Positions 62,648 through 64,000 of a DNA stretch of 64,000 nucleotides are shown here, piece by piece. The stretch covers positions 102,489,221-102,553,220 of the forward strand of contig NC_057718.1 of assembly GCF_004010195.1 (NCBI RefSeq). The letters run 5' to 3'. The translations under genes and the position numbers were made by a program. The notes under the pieces were generated by a model, which was not told the origin of the DNA, did no database searches, and was given only the letters and a program-made list of their open reading frames with translations. Origin of the DNA: Chiloscyllium plagiosum. Taxonomy: Eukaryota. Each line of letters opens with the position of its first letter. Within the stretch, counting starts at the first letter, position 1.

Positions 62648-64000
62648 AGTTTTGAGAAGATGTGTAGTTCAGGTTGAGGTTCTGGATGTAGGTTTGCTAG
62701 CTAAGCTGGAAGGTTCATGTTCAGACGTTTTGTCACCATACTAGGTAACATCTTCAGTGAGCCTCCGGGCAAACCATTGCTGACGATTCCTGCTTTCTAT
62801 TTATATGCTTGGGTTTCTTTGGGTTGGTGATGTCATTTCCTGTTCTTTTTCTCGGTGGTGAATCAGGTCCAAGTCATTGTTTGTTTGTTGACAAAGTTCT
62901 TTTTGGAATGCCATGGTTCTAGGAATTCTCGTGCGTGTCTCTGTTTGGCTTGTCCTAAGGTGGATGTATTGTCCCAGTCGAAGTGGTGTCTTTCCTCATC
63001 TGTACATAATGATATTAGTGAGAGAGGGTCATGTCATTTTGTGGCTAGGTGATGTTCATGTATCCTGGTGGCTAGTTTTCTGCCTGTTTGTCCAATGTAG
63101 TGTTTGTTACAGTCCTTGGATGATATTTTGTAAATGACATTAGTTTTGCTTGTTGTTCGTATAGGGTCTTTCAAGTTCATTAGTTGCTGTTTTATTGTGT
63201 TGGTGGGTTTGTGGGCTACCATGATGCCAAGGGGTCTGAGTAGTCTGGCAGTCATTTCCAAGATGTCGTTGATGCAGGGGGCAGAGTGGCTAGGATTTCT
63301 GGACATGTTTTGTCTGCTGGTTTGGGTTTGCTGCTGAGAAATCTGTGGATTGTGTTCATTTGGTACCTGTTCTTTTTGAATACTTGGAAAAAAAGGTGAT
63401 TTTCCTCTGCTCTGCATAGTTTCTGTGAGCTGGCTCTTTGGAATAATGTTCTGATGCTGCTTCATTTGTGGATGTTGGGATGATTGCTTCTGTAGTTCAA
63501 TATTTGGCCCCTATGTATTTTCCTGTAGATGCTGGTTTGAAGTTGGCTGTTTGCTCTCTGTGACATCGAGAAATGGCAGTTTGTTGTTTATTTTCCTCCT
63601 CTTTAGTCAATTTTATGCTACTAATGGTGCTATTGATGGTTTTGAAGCTATCTTCTAATTTGTTCTGTTTAGTGATGACAAAGGTGTCATCCATGTAGCG
63701 GATCCAAAGTTTGGATTGGCTGGTTGGCAGAGCTGGTTTGAGTCTCTGCTAAGTACTCTGATATTGGAGATCCCATGGGTGTTCCGTTGGCTTGTCTGTA
63801 GGTTTTGTTGTTGAAGGTGAAGTGGGTGGTAAGGTATAGGTCCATTAGCTTGACAATACTGTCCTTGCTGATGAAGTTGGTGGTGTTTGTATCTTTTGGG
63901 TCTTCTCATAGTGTAGTTACTACACTCCTCTCCTCTCCTACATCAAAGACATCTCGGAAATGACTGCCAGACTACTCAGACCCCTTGGCATCATGGTAGC
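62648..64000 (-). mobile_element. Penelope (Poseidon-like) element: decayed RT and GIY-YIG on -, switching to a + strand piece at ~63925
   Basis: GTPMGSPIS, WIRYMDDTFVI, LEMTARLLRPLG..NVIYKISSKDCNKHYIGQTGRKLATRIHEH; terminus 62648-62855 with a degenerate hammerhead at 62721-62760; 63925-64000 reads LPYIKDISEMTARLLRPLGIMV on +. Confidence 0.9.

Overview
This is vertebrate nuclear DNA, almost certainly from a cartilaginous fish, because it carries many copies of the shark/ray HE1 V-SINE and its partner CR1-type LINE. It is not prokaryotic, and no intact long host CDS is present. Most of 1-53,400 is decayed transposable elements: CR1, L2, RTE and Tx1/L1 LINEs, several tRNA-derived SINE families, a Harbinger transposase fossil and an internally deleted GalEa-like Copia element. 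A nested ~9.9 kb block (37,879-47,759) has two inverted Penelope arms bounded by one 15-bp target-site duplication (TSD). Between the arms sits a Gmr1-type Gypsy element (integrase before RT, tRNA-Pro PBS), which itself holds a foreign solo LTR and a SINE piece. The most striking recurrent signal is a population of small, often palindromic, TSD-flanked Penelope-derived insertions from about four families. Their termini carry a minimal hammerhead-ribozyme motif (CUGAnGA / stem II / GAAA / palindromic stem III). A CpG island at ~53,440-54,960 marks the probable promoter and first exon(s) of an unidentified + strand host gene, and its first intron likely fills the rest of the window. All calls come from reading the sequence by eye; no searches were run, and repeat boundaries are approximate unless a TSD or terminus is quoted.
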